From: an uncultured Kiritimatiellota bacterium
Lineage (GTDB): Bacteria > Verrucomicrobiota > Kiritimatiellia > RFP12 > UBA1067
Reading direction: 5' to 3'
NCBI GenBank assembly: GCA_934675625.1
Contig: CAKURH010000001.1
Location: 474-64,473, forward strand
DNA length: 64,000 bases
In this document: one piece after another, positions 27,254 through 36,264 of the stretch
Layout: the number at the start of each line of letters is the position of its first letter
Numbering within the stretch: the first letter of the stretch is position 1
The notes under the pieces: generated by a model
What the model saw: the letters and a program-made list of their open reading frames with translations, nothing else
Told to the model about the DNA's origin: nothing
The model's database searches: none
Translations under genes and position numbers: made by a program

Positions 27254-28810
27254 ATGAAACGATTAATCTTGAGCTTATTCCTTGTGACGGTTGGGGCGGT
27301 GGGTGCAGTCGCGGCAGAGGCGAATTTTGCCCAGCGCGCGTTTCAGCCCTACCTCGACTCCGGCGAGCTTCCCGGCGTGATTACGGTCTTCCACAAGGAC
27401 GGACACGAAGAAATCTCCTGCCTCGGCTTCGCCGACGTCGCCGCGCAGCGTCCGATGTCGCTCGATGACGTCTTTCAGCAATGTTCGCAGACGAAGGGCT
27501 TCTGCGGCGTGACGGTCGCGCAGCTCATTGAAGCGGGCAAGGTCGCGCTGGACGATCCTGTCGCGAACTATCTGCCCGAATTCAAGACGCTCTGGGTCGA
27601 GACCGCGAACACGAATGGCGTCCGCCGCCTCGAACAGGCGCGGCAGCCGCTGACGCTGCGCCACTGCCTCACGCACACGGGCGGATTCCCGTTCGAGCTC
27701 GCGAACTTCACCGCGATGGGCGGATGGTCGCACCGCATGCCGCTGCGGAGCGTCGCGGCGACGGCGGCGGCGACGCCGCTCCTCTTCGAGCCGGGCACGG
27801 GCGTGCGCTACTCGAACGTCGGCATTGACGTCGCGGCGGCGGTCGTCGAGGTCGTGACGGGACAGCGGTGGGAAGATGTCGTGTCCGAACGCATCCTGAA
27901 GCCGCTCGGCATGAACGCGACGGGCTTTCAGCCGACGGACGAGCAGCTGAAGACGCGCATCGAGATCTACCGCGTGAAGAAGGGGAAGAAGGCCGAGCAT
28001 GTGCCGTTCTGCGCGTCGATGCCGCCGCCGTTTCGCGGCGACCGCGTCTTTTCGTCCGCCGGCGCGGGGCTGTGGACGACGGCGCGCGATCAGCTGAAGT
28101 TCTACAAGATGCTGATGAACCTTGGCGTGGGCGAGAACGGCGTGCGGATTCTGAAGGAGGAGACGGTCCGGCGGCTTCTGGCCGTCTCGCAGCGTCCCAA
28201 AAGTTTGTCGAAGGACGGCTATTCGCTTGGGTTCGTCGCGCCGTTTGCGGACGAGGCGGACGGCTGGTTTGGGCATGGTGGCGCGTGGGCGTCGCAGTGT
28301 CTCGTCAACGGACGGCGGAAGGAGCTGCGGATGCTGGTCGTGCAGGTTGTCGATGCCTACTGGCCGCGCACGGTCTGCGCCCAAGCCGCCGAGGCGTTCT
28401 TCCGGCAGGTGGAGGAAAAGGAATCGCGCAGAGCCGCAGAGCCCGCAGAGATTCGTAGGAGCACTCTGCGGACTCAGCGTCTCTGCGTGAGGTCGTCGGT
28501 GCGAGGGGTGTCTGCGACGCTGAACACGGAGGTGTTGGAGGAAGGAAGTCACGGAGGGGATGTGAAGCTTGAGACTCCGTGTCTCACAAACTCCGTCACC
28601 TCTGCGTTAAACGCCGTAGGCAACAGGGCTCTGCGGGCTCAGCGTCTCTGCGTGAGGTCGTCGGCGCGTGGGGTGTCTGCGACGCTGAACACGGAGGTAT
28701 TGGAGGAAGGGAGGCACGGAGGGGATGTGAGGCTTGAAACTCCGTGTCTCACAAACTCCGTCACCTTCGTGTTCAGCGCCGCAGGCAGCAAAGATACAAA
28801 TCACAAGTAA
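27254..28810 (+). CDS. Beta-lactamase-related serine hydrolase (class C / PBP4-like, SxxK = SQTK). Its last about 130 codons are encoded by MITE repeats; the native stop appears to have been replaced.
   Basis: Signal peptide MKRLILSLFLVTVGAVGAVAA, then …QQCSQTKGF… The hydrolase homology ends near codon 385 (about nt 28410); the frame stays open through B-A7-B-A8 to the TAA at 28808-28810. Confidence 0.65.
   Translation: MKRLILSLFLVTVGAVGAVAAEANFAQRAFQPYLDSGELPGVITVFHKDGHEEISCLGFADVAAQRPMSLDDVFQQCSQTKGFCGVTVAQLIEAGKVALDDPVANYLPEFKTLWVETANTNGVRRLEQARQPLTLRHCLTHTGGFPFELANFTAMGGWSHRMPLRSVAATAAATPLLFEPGTGVRYSNVGIDVAAAVVEVVTGQRWEDVVSERILKPLGMNATGFQPTDEQLKTRIEIYRVKKGKKAEHVPFCASMPPPFRGDRVFSSAGAGLWTTARDQLKFYKMLMNLGVGENGVRILKEETVRRLLAVSQRPKSLSKDGYSLGFVAPFADEADGWFGHGGAWASQCLVNGRRKELRMLVVQVVDAYWPRTVCAQAAEAFFRQVEEKESRRAAEPAEIRRSTLRTQRLCVRSSVRGVSATLNTEVLEEGSHGGDVKLETPCLTNSVTSALNAVGNRALRAQRLCVRSSARGVSATLNTEVLEEGRHGGDVRLETPCLTNSVTFVFSAAGSKDTNHK
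28424..28786. repeat. Composite repeat block B-A7-B-A8 overlapping the 3' end of the serine-hydrolase ORF
   Basis: Two consecutive MITE copies (about 28505-28640 and 28670-28786), each preceded by a B element. Confidence 0.65.
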
Positions 28811-28820
28811 GGAGAAATAA

Positions 28821-30674
28821 ATGAAAATGAGAATCATGTGCGGAACAGTCTGTGCGGCGTGTGTCGCGTCGGCGGGGGCGCTGACGACGCCGTGGGGCGA
28901 GAAGGTGACGAGCCAGAATGCGTGGCGCGAGTATCCGCGCCCCCAGCTCGTGCGCAGCGGCTGGACGAACCTGAACGGCGACTGGGACTACGCCGTGACG
29001 AGCGTCACGAACACGCCGGGGCGCCCGACGGCCTGGGACGGCAAGATCCGCGTGCCGTTCGCGATCGAGTCCGCGCTCTCCGGCGTCGGACGCCTCCTGC
29101 GTCCCGACGAGTTTCTCTGGTACACGCGGCAGATCGTCTGCACGAAGCGTCCCGGCGAACGCATCCTCCTGCACTTCGGCGCGGTCGACTTCCGCACGCA
29201 GGTCTTCGTCGGCCACCGCGAGGTCACGGACGTGCCGCATGAGGGTGGGCAGAACCCGTTCACGCTCGACATCACGGACTATGTGGCGGACGGCGCGAAT
29301 GCGCTCACGGTCTGCGTGTGGGACCCGACGGAGGACTTCGTCAATTCGCGCGGCAAGCAGAGCTTCGAGCCGAAGGGCTGCTTCTACACGCGCGTTTCCG
29401 GCATTTGGCAGACGGTGTGGCTGGAGAACGTGCCCGAGACCTACGTCGCGGGCTACACGGTCGCGACGGACATCGACAAGGGGACGGTGACGCTCGCGTT
29501 CGACGTCCGCAGTCCGGCGTTCGCGAAGCCGGAGGTGACGGTCGAGGTCTCGGGCGTGAAGGGGACGACCGTGAACGGCGCGGTGACGCTCGCGCTGCCC
29601 GCGCCCGTCCGTCTCTGGAGTCCGGACGCGCCGAACCTCTACGACTTCACGGCGGCGTGCGGCACGGACGCGGTGAAGGGCTACTTCGGGATGCGCAAGA
29701 TCACGACGCGCCGCGATGCGAAGGGCGTGCTGCGCTTCTTCCTTAACAACGAACCGGTCTTCCTGATGGGGACGCTTGATCAGGGCTGGTGGCCGGATGG
29801 CCTCCTCACGCCGCCGTCGGAGGAGGCGATGGCGTTCGACATCCGCACGCTGAAGGCGCTCGGCTTCAACATGATGCGCAAGCACATCAAGGTCGAGCCG
29901 GCGCGCTACTACTACCTCTGCGACAAGATGGGGCTGATGGTCGTGCAGGACTTGCCAAGCGCGAACGGCGACGAACGGTCGCCGTTCAAGGCGAAGACGG
30001 TGTCCGGCTACGGGCTTCAGCGGCGCGAGCTGAAGGGTATGATGGACGCCCTGCAGACGTTCCCCTCAATCGTGATGTGGGTGCCCTACAATGAGGGCTG
30101 GAGCCAGCCGGGGGCGTTCCTCACGCACGCGACGCTCGACTGGACGAAGCGGTACGACCCGACGCGGCTCGTGAACGGGCCGAGCGGCTGGGTGGACTTC
30201 GAGGGCGGCGACTGGGGGCATCAGCCGGAACGGCGCGCGTGGACGCGGCACCTGCCGCCGGGTGTCTGCGAGGCGGCGGACGCCATTGACCGCCACGACT
30301 ACAACCGGGTGCCCGGCATGGCGCCGCTGAACGCCCGCCGCGTCTCGTTCCTCGGCGAGTTCGGCGGCCTCGGCTGCCGCGTGGACGGTCACCTCTGGAC
30401 GGAGAAGTCGTGGGGCTACGGCGGCACGGGCGGCGCGAACGGGGCGGCGGATGCGCGCGCGGCGATGGAGGCGCGGTACGTCGCGCTGATGGCGCGCGTC
30501 GCCGAGCTTGCGGCGCAGGGGCTCGGCGGCGCGGTCTACACGCAGACGACGGACGTGGAGGCGGAGGTGAACGGTCTCGTCACCTACGACCGCAAGGTCG
30601 TGAAGTTCGATCCCGCCGCGCTGAAGGCCGCGCACGAGAAGATTTACAAGGCGTTTGCCGAGGCGGTGAAATGA
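28821..30674 (+). CDS. GH2-family glycoside hydrolase (617 aa), secreted
   Basis: Strong RBS aaggagaaataaATG. GH2 sugar-binding and Ig-like blocks (GAVDFRTQVFVGHREV…FTLDITDY; WQTVWLE). Confidence 0.7.
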   Translation: MKMRIMCGTVCAACVASAGALTTPWGEKVTSQNAWREYPRPQLVRSGWTNLNGDWDYAVTSVTNTPGRPTAWDGKIRVPFAIESALSGVGRLLRPDEFLWYTRQIVCTKRPGERILLHFGAVDFRTQVFVGHREVTDVPHEGGQNPFTLDITDYVADGANALTVCVWDPTEDFVNSRGKQSFEPKGCFYTRVSGIWQTVWLENVPETYVAGYTVATDIDKGTVTLAFDVRSPAFAKPEVTVEVSGVKGTTVNGAVTLALPAPVRLWSPDAPNLYDFTAACGTDAVKGYFGMRKITTRRDAKGVLRFFLNNEPVFLMGTLDQGWWPDGLLTPPSEEAMAFDIRTLKALGFNMMRKHIKVEPARYYYLCDKMGLMVVQDLPSANGDERSPFKAKTVSGYGLQRRELKGMMDALQTFPSIVMWVPYNEGWSQPGAFLTHATLDWTKRYDPTRLVNGPSGWVDFEGGDWGHQPERRAWTRHLPPGVCEAADAIDRHDYNRVPGMAPLNARRVSFLGEFGGLGCRVDGHLWTEKSWGYGGTGGANGAADARAAMEARYVALMARVAELAAQGLGGAVYTQTTDVEAEVNGLVTYDRKVVKFDPAALKAAHEKIYKAFAEAVK

Positions 30675-30700
30675 ATGAGAAACGGCAGCCTTGATCGAGG

Positions 30701-30826
30701 GCCTGCGGCGCTGAACACGGAGAAACATGAGAAGCGGAGGCACGGAGAGAGGGCATAGGAGAGACTGGGTTAACAAAACTCCGTGTCTCACAAACTCCGT
30801 CACCTTCGTGTTCAGCGCCGCAGGCA
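30701..30826. repeat. MITE-like repeat, copy A9, with a perfect 19-bp terminal inverted repeat GCCTGCGGCGCTGAACACG
   Basis: The left end gcctgcggcgctgaacacgg is the reverse complement of the right end cgtgttcagcgccgcaggc. Confidence 0.7.
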
Positions 30827-30878
30827 CATTGACACAAGGAACAGATTTTCGCTACAATCCAAATCAGGAGTCTAAAAG

Positions 30879-33494
30879 ATGAAAGCAACGAAAAGCCTAT
30901 TGAACCTCGGATGCGCGGTGGTGGCCGCCGCTCTGATCGGCGGATGCTGCGACCGGCACGCCCCGAAGAAGCCCGTCCCCGTCGAGCGTCCCGACCGAAC
31001 GGAAATCATCTTCGCGGCGCCGGACGTGCGGACGATTCCGCTCGACTCGGCGGCGGAGATCCGCGATACGCCGTTCGCGCTTGCGTGGGACGGCGGATGG
31101 GAGCGTCCGTGGACGTTCATCGTCTCGTTCGACTACCGCACGGCGGGCGTGACGGGCGATGCGGTCGCGCTGCGCCTTCAGCCGCTGAAGGACGACGGGA
31201 GCCGCGCGCCGACGTGGCTCTGGCCGAACACCTTCACCGGCAAGCGCGAGGACACCTACGTCCTCGGCGAGAGCGCGGACTTCCGTCGCGTCTCGGTCGG
31301 AGTCGACCTGCCGAACGTCATCCGCAAGTCCTATCGCTGCGAATGGCAGCGCCGCTTCGGGCACACGTCCGGCAAGGTCGAGGTGAAGAACTTCGAGATC
31401 CGCCTCGTGCGCCACGCCCTGCACGCGATCCGGGGCGGCGAATACGAAATCAGGCAGACGAAATACTTTCGCCTCAAAAACGTCTTCTTCGCCGATTCGG
31501 GTACGGTGACGGTCGATTTCGCCTATCCCAAACAGAAGCCCGACTGCCGCGTGGATGTGAAGGACGTCAAGGGGCGGATTGTCCGCACGGTCGAGGGACG
31601 CGACGGACGCGCGACGGTCGACTTCCCGACGCGCGGTTACTGGGCGCTGGAGGCGACGGCGGACTATCCCGACGGCACACGCATCACGACGCCGGGGCGT
31701 GTTGCCGTCTGCGGCACGCCGATTGCGAAGGAACTCGTGAAGAACTCGCGCTACGGCATCATGGTCGTTCTCGGCACGCCTGATCTCTGGGAGAAGCTTG
31801 GTTCGCGCTGGGATCAGCGGTTCTTCGCGCCCGACAATTTGAAGGTGAACTTCAGGATGCCGAACGAGACGGCTGACGCGATCTTCACGTTCCACAGCAG
31901 CCCTGTGCCGCGCGCCTTGCGCCGTCCCGCCGACCGCAACCGCCAGGGCGAGTTTCCGCCCGAGGACTGGGACGCCTACCGCGCCTATGTCGGAAAGTTC
32001 ATGGACGCGCAGCCCGACATGCTGAAGCGCAACCTCTGCCTGACGGGCGAGCTCGACTTCCAGTGGCGCGGCACGGACGAGGAATATGTGAAGATGTGCC
32101 GCATCTTCTGCGAGGAGGCCCGCAAGCGCAATCCGAACGTCTTCCTCACCGGGCCGGACGCGAGCCGCATCAAGCTGCCCTACTTCCGCCGTCTGCACAA
32201 GCTCGGCTACTTCGACCTCATCGACGGCATCAACGTCCATCACTACGTGGACGGCACGAAGCCGGAGGGCGAATACTGGGAGGATTTCGTCGCGCTGTTC
32301 GACTTTCTGAAGGAGGCGAAGATCGACAAGCCCGTCTATATGACCGAGACGGGCTGGACGACGGGCAAGGGCAACTACTTCGTGCCCGTCTCCTACGAGA
32401 ACCAGGCGCGCTACCTGACGCGCGGCATGGCGCTCATGTCCACCGAGGACATCCGCGCGATCATCTGGCACGTCGACTTCACGATGCTCGACGAGTTCGG
32501 CGCGATCGTCAAGGCGCACGAGGCCGCGTGGCCGAAGCCGATGCTGCAGGCGTTCGCGACGGTGACACACAACCTCTCGGACGTGCAGGGCAACATGAAG
32601 CTCCACCGCCTCGGCCCGAAGACGTATCTCGCGAGCGGCCGCCGCGCGAACGGGCGCTTCGTTCACGTCTTCTGGCGGTCGGCGGGCGAGGAGCGCGTCG
32701 CGCCGCCGGTCGCGGGCATCGTGTCGGCGGAGGACTACCTCGGCACGCCCGTCGCATTGGGCAAGACGCTGACGGTCTCGGAAGATCCCGTCTACATCCA
32801 CGCGACAGGCGACTACACGGGGCCGGAGTGGACGCCGCCGCCGGGCGGCTACCGCGAGAAGCCGCAGGTAGAGCTGAAGACCGACTGCACGGCCGTAGCG
32901 CTGGAGCCGGGCGTCAAGTCCGCCGCGACGGCCGCGCCCGTGCCGGCGGCGATGTGGAGCGACCCCGCGTCCGCGCCGACGCTGCGCATCGCCTATGCGC
33001 GCGATGCGGGCTTCATCCTCGAAGCCGAGGTGAAGGACGCGCGGCACGTGCAGCCCCATTCGCGCGAACGGCTCGTGGAGGGCGACGCGCTGACGTTCGC
33101 GTTCGACGTCGACAAGACGGACGAGTGGCGGGCGAACGACATCTGGATGAACTACAAGGGGCACAGCTGCGTCGAGTATTCCGTCGCGCTGCGGGCGGAC
33201 GGCAAGAGCGAGGTCTTCCGCCGCAACTGCTGGATTCCCGACATGAAGAAGTTCGAGTCCGTCGGCGCGAACGTGCGCGCGAACGTGCGGCACGCGAACG
33301 GCGTGACGAAATACTGGGTCTGGATCCCGTGGGCGAACCTCGGCTTGGACGAGCAGCTGAAGGCGGGCGCGAAGATCGGCTTCGCGGCGGTGCTCTATTC
33401 GTCCGACGGCGGCGCGGTGAAGACGAACCGCCTCTTCGACGGCATCGTCGATCCGCTCGACCCGATGCGCTACGGCGTCATCGAGCTGAAGTGA
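30879..33494 (+). CDS. Secreted clan GH-A glycoside hydrolase with CBM9-like C-terminal domain; paralog of 24069-26675
   Basis: Collinear blocks with the paralog (RYGIMVV…GSRWDQRFF; VHHYVDGTKPEGEY; VYMTETGWTT; ARYLTRGMALMSTEDIRAIIWH). Confidence 0.7.
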   Translation: MKATKSLLNLGCAVVAAALIGGCCDRHAPKKPVPVERPDRTEIIFAAPDVRTIPLDSAAEIRDTPFALAWDGGWERPWTFIVSFDYRTAGVTGDAVALRLQPLKDDGSRAPTWLWPNTFTGKREDTYVLGESADFRRVSVGVDLPNVIRKSYRCEWQRRFGHTSGKVEVKNFEIRLVRHALHAIRGGEYEIRQTKYFRLKNVFFADSGTVTVDFAYPKQKPDCRVDVKDVKGRIVRTVEGRDGRATVDFPTRGYWALEATADYPDGTRITTPGRVAVCGTPIAKELVKNSRYGIMVVLGTPDLWEKLGSRWDQRFFAPDNLKVNFRMPNETADAIFTFHSSPVPRALRRPADRNRQGEFPPEDWDAYRAYVGKFMDAQPDMLKRNLCLTGELDFQWRGTDEEYVKMCRIFCEEARKRNPNVFLTGPDASRIKLPYFRRLHKLGYFDLIDGINVHHYVDGTKPEGEYWEDFVALFDFLKEAKIDKPVYMTETGWTTGKGNYFVPVSYENQARYLTRGMALMSTEDIRAIIWHVDFTMLDEFGAIVKAHEAAWPKPMLQAFATVTHNLSDVQGNMKLHRLGPKTYLASGRRANGRFVHVFWRSAGEERVAPPVAGIVSAEDYLGTPVALGKTLTVSEDPVYIHATGDYTGPEWTPPPGGYREKPQVELKTDCTAVALEPGVKSAATAAPVPAAMWSDPASAPTLRIAYARDAGFILEAEVKDARHVQPHSRERLVEGDALTFAFDVDKTDEWRANDIWMNYKGHSCVEYSVALRADGKSEVFRRNCWIPDMKKFESVGANVRANVRHANGVTKYWVWIPWANLGLDEQLKAGAKIGFAAVLYSSDGGAVKTNRLFDGIVDPLDPMRYGVIELK

Positions 33495-33497
33495 GTA

Positions 33498-33506
33498 TGG
33501 TATAAT
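33498..33506 (+). promoter_or_regulatory. Extended -10 box TGGTATAAT, 6 nt before the ATG at 33513 (leaderless)
   Basis: gtgagtaTGGTATAATacgggcATG. Confidence 0.4.
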
Positions 33507-33512
33507 ACGGGC

Positions 33513-35327
33513 ATGAGTTTCAAAGGGAAGAAAGAGAAGAACGTCGTCTTGGTCGGGACGTACAGGACGGGACAGCTGGAGCGTTGGCCCGGTTACTACA
33601 ACTGGCCGCTTGCGGACGGGGATGTGGTCGATGCCGAGGCGGCGAAAACGGTCAACGAAATCTGGCTCTTCAGCGGCACGAAGGGAGGACGTTTCGCGGC
33701 GGAGTTCGTCGGCATGTTCACGCGCGGCGAGCTTGTGCGCGACTTCGGCTATCCGGCGAAGGGTGCGGCGCACGGTACGCGGTATCTGCTCTACAAGATC
33801 CAGACGACTGATGCGCCCGCGAATACGTCGGATGTATTGGCGGCGGAGATGGATCGCGTGATCGTGCGCGCGGCGGACTTCGCGAAGCGGTCGCCGAAGA
33901 TTGCGCGCGAAATCAAGGCGTATCTCGAATCGTCTGACCGCAACAACCCAGACCTCGCACACCGACTTCCGCCGCTTCTCCTGAAGGTGCCGCGCGAAAA
34001 CCTGCGCGTCTGCGAACCGGGCGTACAGATGGATTTTCTATCTTCCCTTTCAATCTCCTCCACGCATGAATGCGATAAAGTCGATTATTTTGTAGAATCA
34101 AAGAAGAACCCGATTGCCGAATTGCGTTCTATCCAACCGCTCACGGCAAATGGATTCACGCATGTTGATTGCTTTAGTGGCGTTGGAGGCTTCTGCACAG
34201 GGCTTCATGCCGCTGGATTCACGACAAAGGTCGCAATTGAGAAAATTCGCTCGTGCGTCGAGACGTATGAGGCAAACCACCCAGAAGTTCATGTGATCAA
34301 CGAAGACATCTGCAAAGTTAAGGCCGAAGACATTCTCCCCTATTGTCCCAAGGGTGGAATCGATCTCGTCACTTCTGGAATGCCTTGCGAGACGTTCTCG
34401 ACCGCCGGGAACACGTCGCGGAGTTTCTATGACGAACGGCAATTCCTGTTTCGGCAGGGCATTCGGGTTGCACAGATTACGAATGCCAAGTTTCTGCTAT
34501 TCGAGAACGTGCCAGCCATCACGACAAAGACGACGGAAAAGGGGTCGAAAGACCTTATTGTTGATGCATTGAAGGATGAGATGGCGAAAGCCGGTTACAG
34601 AAACTACATTGAGGTCGTTCTGGATGCGACGAAATTTGGCGTGCCGCAAAAACGCAAACGCTATTTTGTCCTTGGCACGAGGCTGAAGAACATGTCTTTG
34701 AGCAAGCCACGGCCATTTGTCGCAAAGGCCGTGACTGTCGGAGAGGCATTTGACGATTTGCCGTCGGTGACACCAAATACGGGCGTCGAAGAGACGCATT
34801 ACCTGTCGCGTTCAAACGCCTTCACGAAGCTGATGCGCGATGATTCGTTCTGGCGGCGAAAAGAGTCGTCCAATAAGGGACTCTCGTACCAAATGCCGAT
34901 GAAGCATCGTCCGGCTACGTTGGAGCGATTCGGATTGCTTCGCCCAGGAGAAGGGCTTCGCGAACTATTTGAGCGCTACACGGGACGTGCGCGCGAAGAA
35001 CTCCAGTCGCGTCGTGTACTGCCGAAGAAGATGTTCATCAAAAGGAATTATCGTCTGCCCGTCGGGATGCCATCGCCATGCGTCACGTCGCATTGCCTGG
35101 ACGAATTTGTGCATCCAACGGAAGACCGCGCATTGACCGTGCGCGAATGCGCACGGTTGCAGTCATTCCCTGATTCGTATGATTTCGTCGGGGGGCCTTA
35201 CATTGTGCCGCACATTGATCGTGAAGTTCAGGACAAGTATGAGCAGATTGGCGATGCCGTGCCACCGTTGTTGGCGTATGCCTGGGGGCGGGCGATTTCA
35301 AAAATGATGGAGGATGTCTCGAAATGA
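33513..35327 (+). CDS. DNA (cytosine-5)-methyltransferase with an about 170-aa N-terminal extension domain of unknown function; the ORF spans a sharp GC-content break near nt 34020
   Basis: C5-MTase motifs are present in order: I FSGVGG, IV GMPCETFS, VI ENV, VIII QKRKRYFVLG, then RECARLQSFPDSY. The N-terminal 170 aa are GC-rich and host-like; the MTase body is AT-richer. Confidence 0.8.
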   Translation: MSFKGKKEKNVVLVGTYRTGQLERWPGYYNWPLADGDVVDAEAAKTVNEIWLFSGTKGGRFAAEFVGMFTRGELVRDFGYPAKGAAHGTRYLLYKIQTTDAPANTSDVLAAEMDRVIVRAADFAKRSPKIAREIKAYLESSDRNNPDLAHRLPPLLLKVPRENLRVCEPGVQMDFLSSLSISSTHECDKVDYFVESKKNPIAELRSIQPLTANGFTHVDCFSGVGGFCTGLHAAGFTTKVAIEKIRSCVETYEANHPEVHVINEDICKVKAEDILPYCPKGGIDLVTSGMPCETFSTAGNTSRSFYDERQFLFRQGIRVAQITNAKFLLFENVPAITTKTTEKGSKDLIVDALKDEMAKAGYRNYIEVVLDATKFGVPQKRKRYFVLGTRLKNMSLSKPRPFVAKAVTVGEAFDDLPSVTPNTGVEETHYLSRSNAFTKLMRDDSFWRRKESSNKGLSYQMPMKHRPATLERFGLLRPGEGLRELFERYTGRAREELQSRRVLPKKMFIKRNYRLPVGMPSPCVTSHCLDEFVHPTEDRALTVRECARLQSFPDSYDFVGGPYIVPHIDREVQDKYEQIGDAVPPLLAYAWGRAISKMMEDVSK

Positions 35328-36175
35328 AATGCACTTATAAAGAATATGGCCGTTCTATCTATGACAAGACGTTCGATCATGAACTGCAAGGACTTGTGAC
35401 TCGGAAAAAGAAGGTCGGTGAGAAAGAGGCCGAACGAATGGCGCAAAAGGAAGCCATCAAGGTGGCTGTCCTTGAAACGATGCGGGCGTTTCCGCAAATC
35501 GAGCCTGCCTTGATTTGGAGGGGAATTTATGAGGTGCATATCCATCGCAAGAGTGGACTGGATGACAAGTCCGTGATTGATCGCGTCGTAAGCGCTGATC
35601 AGAGTTGGAAGAAGTCGAGTGGGCATGCGTTTGAGGAAATGATCAAACTCTTGGCAAACGATGCTCTTGTCGGCACGGGAATCGAGATTCTTCTTCAGAG
35701 AGACCTCAATACGATTATCAAGGCGGGTGAGCTTGCCAATGAACCGCGTGACATCAGTTGGCTGAAGGAACAAATCAAGGGAAGCGTCTTTGATCTGTTT
35801 GCAACATGCGTAAATAAGGATGGAAAGCGGTTTTGTTACGGATGCATTCAAAGCAAGACAAGCATACGAGACCGCGTGACACGGGATCGCGAGCCATCTT
35901 TGGCGGCTATGCATTCGTTCTTCTGGAGCACGGTCATTGTCTTGGATGGCGATTTTATGAAGAATCCAAAGTTCCTCGCAATGGTCGATGGAGGGACGCA
36001 CGAATATCCTGATAACGGATGGCATGGCATGTACGTGTTCTCGGATCTTTATAAGGGACAACGAGTCTATCCCATTCATGTTGATTTCAAGAGATTCGCC
36101 GAACATGCAAAGATTGCGGCTGAGTATTGGAAAACCCAGCGACAGTGGTTTGACGAGAAGTGGAAGGCCGAATAA
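35324..36175 (+). CDS. Hypothetical protein, translationally coupled (ATGA) to the C5-MTase; candidate cognate type II restriction endonuclease
   Basis: 283 aa with no recognisable family. Low GC like the MTase body. A possible degenerate PD…(D/Q)xK segment (VFDLF…YGCIQSK). Assigned by position only. Confidence 0.4.
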   Translation: MKCTYKEYGRSIYDKTFDHELQGLVTRKKKVGEKEAERMAQKEAIKVAVLETMRAFPQIEPALIWRGIYEVHIHRKSGLDDKSVIDRVVSADQSWKKSSGHAFEEMIKLLANDALVGTGIEILLQRDLNTIIKAGELANEPRDISWLKEQIKGSVFDLFATCVNKDGKRFCYGCIQSKTSIRDRVTRDREPSLAAMHSFFWSTVIVLDGDFMKNPKFLAMVDGGTHEYPDNGWHGMYVFSDLYKGQRVYPIHVDFKRFAEHAKIAAEYWKTQRQWFDEKWKAE

Positions 36176-36264
36176 GGCTTGTCGTGGTGTGTGTGCCGAG
36201 TGAGTTCAGAGGATGTGTTGAAGAAGAAGCGAAAGATTTTGGTTGTGCTCGGATTGAGAGGTGA

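Noticed and set aside
26700-28800. Possibility that the regularly spaced repeats form a CRISPR array
   Set aside because: The repeats are 120-200 bp, internally palindromic and variable. There are no short unique spacers, and copies are scattered between genes across 33 kb. No cas genes are present.
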